Shown one piece after another: positions 57,668 through 64,000 of a DNA stretch of 64,000 bases. This DNA comes from the human T2T-CHM13v2.0 reference genome, Homo sapiens: the NCBI RefSeq assembly GCF_009914755.1, contig NC_060935.1, one strand, 5' to 3'. The translations under genes were made by a program, and so were the position numbers. Position 1 is the first letter of the stretch, and every line of letters starts with the position of its first letter. Under the pieces are notes generated by a model, which searched no databases, had not been told where the DNA came from, and saw only the letters and a program-made list of their open reading frames with translations.

Positions 57668-59336
57668 CTTGGGAAGAATAATCTAGTTGTCTCTCTGCTC
57701 CTGGTGATTTTCTTTTGAGGGGAAGCTATTCTCAGCAAATCTGTCCTCTTTGACCCTGCAATTCTAGGAATAAAATATTCTTAATATTACATCAAAACTA
57801 CAATACCCCTATAAATCTCTTTGAGCCTCACATCCTCTTTCTATTTAAAAGAGATTAGACTCAGGAAAATGGACTCTACGGTAACCACAGGAGGGATAAC
57901 TGTAGGGTGCTTTTAGGATTTTTAAATTTTTATATTTTGTTTTGTTTTAGTTATTAAAGTCTTGTACTAAAGCAATTGTAAGACATTCTCTTGCCCCATG
58001 TTACACTATATTCAGAGGGGTGGGAGAGTGTGGTGATACAATAGAATGGCAGCAAAACTAAAGGTCTACCTATCTTAGGGGATAGAGTTTATAAGAAAAA
58101 TAATCATCAGAGCCATTAAGCATTTTTACTTACTATAAAGCTTTTTAAAATGTAGAATGGGAAGATAACAGCACCTAACCTAGGATCATGAGTCAGCATA
58201 TGGACAACACAGAACAAGGCCTGGTGTGGGGAACGATATTGTAAGTCTTGGTCATCTCACTTGTTTCCCTTACAGCATCATTCTATTCTGTTCTCACAAC
58301 AACTCTGCAAGGCAGGGGTTATTTCCATTTTATAGAGGAGGAAAATAAGTGATTTATTCATGCTTGCAAAACTACAAAAGTATAGAATTGAAGTTCTAGG
58401 TCTTCCTTTTTTATAATTCTGCAATCTGAGTGGCACTGGCTGGTAAATTCCATAGGAAAAATAATTCCTTTTTCTCTGAAGGTTTGGTCTTGGAATTGGG
58501 ACAGGAAATAAAATTGGTGAATGTTGCATTCCAAGATTAGGAGTAAGTGGCTCTGACATCATCTTTGAAAAATGCAGTAGATGTCAATGCAGAGTTTATA
58601 GGGATGATTTCGGAGTCACCATTTACAAGATTTCATTCGCTAGTTATTACAAACCAATTTCTGCATTCAGTGCACTTGTGTGCACACACAGAAACACACA
58701 CATTTTAAACATGGATCGATGCAAGAAATTGCATGAACATTTTCTTCCCTAGCATGTAGGAAAACTTCCACCCTAATTTTGAATTGTCCCATGTAACAGT
58801 TCACCACACATCTTACTACTTCTAGATATTATTTTTTCATTTTTTTCCCCTCTTTTCCTCTTTTCTTCATTCAACAAACATTTGTTAAATACCTACTATT
58901 TCCCCAGCCATCGACACATTCAGACAAATTGGCAGGATCCTTGCCCTCAGGCAGCCCTGGTTCCACTCATTCCTCCAGAGCTTTATTCCCCTTCTCTATC
59001 CCCACATTTCTCACTTTGGTTCAGACCTCTTTTCTATTTCTCTAGATTCTTGCAATAACCTCCTAAATGGTCACTGGACTCAACTTTCTGATCATGGCTT
59101 TTATCATGTTCTTTTCCCACTTAGAAACTATTCATGACTTCCTACTGTCTAATGAGTTAAGTACAGACCTCTTTTTGTGGCATTCAAAGCCCTCCTCATT
59201 CTGGCTTCTGACTTTTCTTATGTATCAACTTCTACAACTGCCCTCTTTCATCCCTTTGCTGGATTCCAATAGAAATACTATCCCACCAAGCACATTTCCT
59301 TCCTCCCCTCTATGTGTGGTTGCATCTCAAGTATTA

Positions 59337-59637
59337 CTTTTTTGTTTTTTTGTGGTTTTTTTGAGATAGAGTGAGACTCTGTCACCCAAGCTGGAGAGCA
59401 GTGGTGTGATCTTGGCTGACTGCAACCTCTGCATCCCGGGTTCAAGCCATTCTCATGCCTCAGCCTTCCAAGTAGTTGGGATTACAGGCATGCACCACCA
59501 TGCCTGGCTAGTTTTTGTATTTTACATAGAGACAGGTTATCACCATGTTGGCCAGGCTGGTCTCGAACTCTTAGCCTCAAGTGATCCACCTGCCTCAGCC
59601 TCCCACAGTGCACAAGCATGAGCCACTGTACCTGGCC
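59337..59637 (-). mobile_element. AluS (Sx/Sz-like) SINE
   Basis: Full reverse dimer; caccatgttggccaggctggtctcgaactc..caagtgatccacc. Confidence 0.9.
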
Positions 59638-59694
59638 AAATGTTACATTTTATCTCAGTCACATATCCATACCCACCTTTCTAGCCTTATTATA

Positions 59695-61025
59695 TATGTA
59701 TCAACCAACAGAACAAAAATAGAGAGCCCAGAAATGAACCTACATATGTATGCATGGTCCACAGATTTTCAACAAGGGTGCCAAGAATACACACTGAGAA
59801 ACTAATAGTCTCTCCAGTAAATAGTGCTTGGAAAACTGGATATCCATGTGCAGAATCAAACTGGATCCTTATCTCACTCCCTATACAAAAAATCAACTCA
59901 AAATTTATTAAAGAGTTAAACATATGACCTGAAACTGTCAAACTATATGAAAAAAAAAAATCAGAGGGAAAAATGCATACATTAGTTAACGAATTTTTAG
60001 ATTTGACACCAAAAGCACAGGCAATAAAAGCAAAAATAGGCAAATGAGATTACATCAAAATAAAAAGCTTCTGCACAAAGGAAACAACCTAACAGATTGG
60101 GGGGAAATATTTTTAAGCCATAGCTCTGATAAGGAATTATTATCCAAAACATATAAGGAACTCAAGTTTTTTCTATAGAAAAATAATTTGATTAAAACAT
60201 TGGCAAAGGACTGAATACACATTTCTCAAAAGAAGACATCTAAATGACCAAAAGATATATTTTAAAAATGCTCAACATCACTAGTCATTAGGGAAATGTG
60301 AATTAAAGCCATAAGATATCATCTCACACCTGTCAGATGGTTATTATCAAAAAGAGGAAGATAACAAGTGTTAGTGAGGATGTGAATAAAAGGGAGCCCT
60401 TGTACACTGCTGCTGGAAATGTCAATTAGTACAGCTATAATGGAAAACTGTATAGAGGTTCCTCAAAAAAAAAAAAAACCTAAAAAACAAAAGTGCCTTA
60501 GGATCCAGCAATCCCACCAAATTCTACTCAACAACTAAAAAGAAATTGTCATTTGTGAAAACATGGATGAAATTGGAGAACATGATGCTAAGTGAAATAA
60601 GCCACATGTAGAAAGATAAACGCATGTTCCCACTCATATGTGGAATCTAAATCAAACTCAAAGCAGCACAGAGTAGAATGGTGGTTACAGAGGCTGAGGG
60701 GTGGAGGTAATGGGGAAATGATGGTCAAAGGGTACAAAGCCTCAGACTGGAGGAGTAGGTTTTTCTTTGAGCTATATTTTACAGCATGGTAAAGATAGTA
60801 AATAATAATGTCCTGAACATTTCAAAATCACTAAAATTGTAAATTTCCAACGTTCTCATCACAAAAAAATGGTAAGTATTTGAGGTGATGGATATGTTAA
60901 TTAGCTTGATTTAATTATGCTACGTTGTACTTATAAATCATAACACCATACATATATGCAACTATAATACATATATACAATTATCCTTTGTCAACTTACA
61001 ATTAGAAAATAAAAATTTAAAAATA
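59695..61025 (+). mobile_element. 5'-truncated L1MA6-8-like element
   Basis: ORF2 3' remnant (gaacaaaaatagagagcccagaaatgaacc) to L1MA 3' UTR (gaggtgatggatatgttaattagcttgattt); internal deletion near 60520. Confidence 0.85.
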
Positions 61026-61420
61026 ACGAATGGATAAACAAATTGTGGTATACCTACACAATGGAATTATACTCAGCAGTAAACAGGAATGAACTACTGA
61101 TACATGCAGCAACCTGGATGATTCTTAAAATAATTATACTGATTGAAAAAAGCTGGACTAAAGAAGGATACATATTTAGCTAGTATGATTCTATTTATGT
61201 AACATTCTAGAAAATGCAAAGGAATCTACAGTTACATAAAGCAGACACACTGGTTGCCCTTCAGTGGAGGTGGATGTACCACATCTGTTCTTTACTTTGA
61301 TTGTTGATGGTTCCATCAAGTATACCTACGTCAAAACTTATCAGGTTATAAACTTTAAACATGTGAAATTTATTGAAGCTCAATTGTTCCTAAATACAGC
61401 TTTAAATTTTTTTTAAAAAA
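61026..61420 (+). mobile_element. L1ME/MB-like 3' fragment
   Basis: gaatggataaacaaattgtggtata...gaatgaactactgatacatgcagcaacctggatga. Confidence 0.75.
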
Positions 61421-61709
61421 CCAGGAAAATTTATTATAATCATATATCTTAGATGTAACCATGATGCTTGGGTGAACATTTGGCTTATACATATTTTCTG
61501 AGCCTTTTAAAAACCAAATTTGCATTTACATAATATATTAGCATATTTTTCATTTGTCTCTAACACTATAAGACACTCCTAGTATTATTAGAAGTTCTTT
61601 ATAAACATTTACATTGAAAGATTCATACTGTGATAAACTGTATCAGTCATGTGCCATCACTGATACCAGTCTTGACAATGTAGCTTGGTCTGGCTAATGA
61701 AATATGACT

Positions 61710-61877
61710 TCGCATATTTCAAAATTGCTAGAAGAGTAGCTTTTAAATGTTTTTACCACAAAAAGAAATAAGTATGTGAGGTGATAAACTTTTAATTAGC
61801 CTGAATTATTCCATATTGTGAACATATATCATATTATACCCCTCTAAGTATGTTATTTGTCAATTAAGAATAGAAAA
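61710..61877 (+). mobile_element. Short L1MA 3' terminal insertion
   Basis: atttcaaaattgctagaagagtag..gtatgtgaggtgat; 11-bp TSD gaaatatgact 61699-61709 / 61878-61888. Confidence 0.85.
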
Positions 61878-62112
61878 GAAATATGACTGGAAGGGATATG
61901 TTATTTCCAACAGGATTTAAAAGCATGGTGTATACTTTGTCATCCTGATGTCTGTCTATAACATTCTTTAAATTATGGTTACTTAATAATATGTTTAATA
62001 TCTGGTAGTGTTTGTCCCAATCAAGCACTTTATGCTACTGTCATGAAATAAAGATGGGAACTGGGGTGAGGTTCAACATAGAGCATGCTTCTCACAATAA
62101 TCTCTGTAGCTG

Positions 62113-62929
<817 letters not shown>

Positions 62930-64000
62930 CTGCCCATTTTTGTTTCACTCTATCTCCTCTCAGACTCCAGCTCCTTCCACACAGGAAGAGGCCAAATATT
63001 CCTGCGCCCCTCACAAGACTCTGGGCTGAAGCCCTGCTGTTTGCCTCTCTGTCTCAGCCCGGGTGAGCTGGCCCATCTTAGACTGGCAACTCTGTTCTGT
63101 GAACAGGTTGTTAGAGCCCAAGTGCAACAGGAAATGTACAGAAGGTTTCAAATCATTATGTATACCTACAGGGAGGGAGAAGCAGATGCCATTTGAAAGG
63201 GGCCTGATTAGAGAACGTGCTTGCCGACAGTGTATCTGATTGGCATCTGTGGCTTTGCAGCCAGACCATCTGTTTTTGCTAATGCAGCTTCAAGTGCGGT
63301 GCATAATGAGGTTAGGGTCAGGACTGTATTGTTCGTCTATGGCTTATGTGTGCCTCCTCCAGCTATGTGAAAATTAAAGGGGCACTGCCAGGACCATGCA
63401 AGTGGAGAACACTTCTCTGCCAAAATGTGACCAGAAAAAAAAAAGGGATAATGGACTCCCTTTGTGTCTCTCCAGGGAGATCTTAAGTATGGAGGAACAC
63501 AGAGCTAGAGTGCTATGTTAATAGAGAGAAAGGACAATGGGTGTAAGATGTAGTGGTTAAAAATGGATGGTATCACAAGTAGGAAAAGAACTTTAAAAAT
63601 AAGACAAAAATCAAGAGGGACTGGCAGGTAAAGAGAAAGAGACATAAACATTTATGTCCCTGGGTTAATGTTTCAGCATTTACAAAATAGAGTCTCCCCA
63701 ACTCTCAACCCACTCCCAGCTCATGCGCACTTTGTTGAGAGTGCACCACAACTGTACACCATTAGTCTAAAAATAATCAAAGCACCTATCAATTTGATAA
63801 TGATTTCTTCTCATCTTTGTGCCTTCTGAAATTCTGTCCTCATTCCAAAGCCCAGGGAGGATTCCTGGTACATTTAAAAATCTCTCTACTTAAGCTTGGG
63901 GACAGACAGCTTTAAAGTAGATTATTTGACAAATTACATGTTATACTTGCTTTTATGCAGTGTATTGTATAAAATTTGCCTACACCATTTTTAGGGAACT

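Overview
Primate (most likely human) genomic DNA, AT-rich and dominated by interspersed repeats. The only host coding sequence I can support is a 52-codon terminal exon at 4997-5155 (+), which I recognise as the C-terminus of cytoplasmic dynein-2 heavy chain (DYNC2H1); the supplied ORF track misses this frame. Bases 1-4996 are the end of its last intron, followed by a short 3' UTR with several polyadenylation hexamers. The remaining ~58 kb is intergenic. It holds an ERV solo-LTR cluster (13.2-22.2 kb) with a four-level nested insertion stack whose target-site duplications (TSDs) are still readable, and a ~12.8 kb composite LINE-1 (near full-length L1MA carrying an AluJ and an L1PA7-like element). 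It also has many Alu, MaLR, MIR, L2 and Tigger/hAT fossils, a very degenerate 7SK-derived fragment, and several local tandem duplications and palindromes. Repeat subfamily names are from recalled consensus sequences and need RepeatMasker/Dfam confirmation. I found no evidence for a novel gene system; the findings are structural and evolutionary observations of modest interest.
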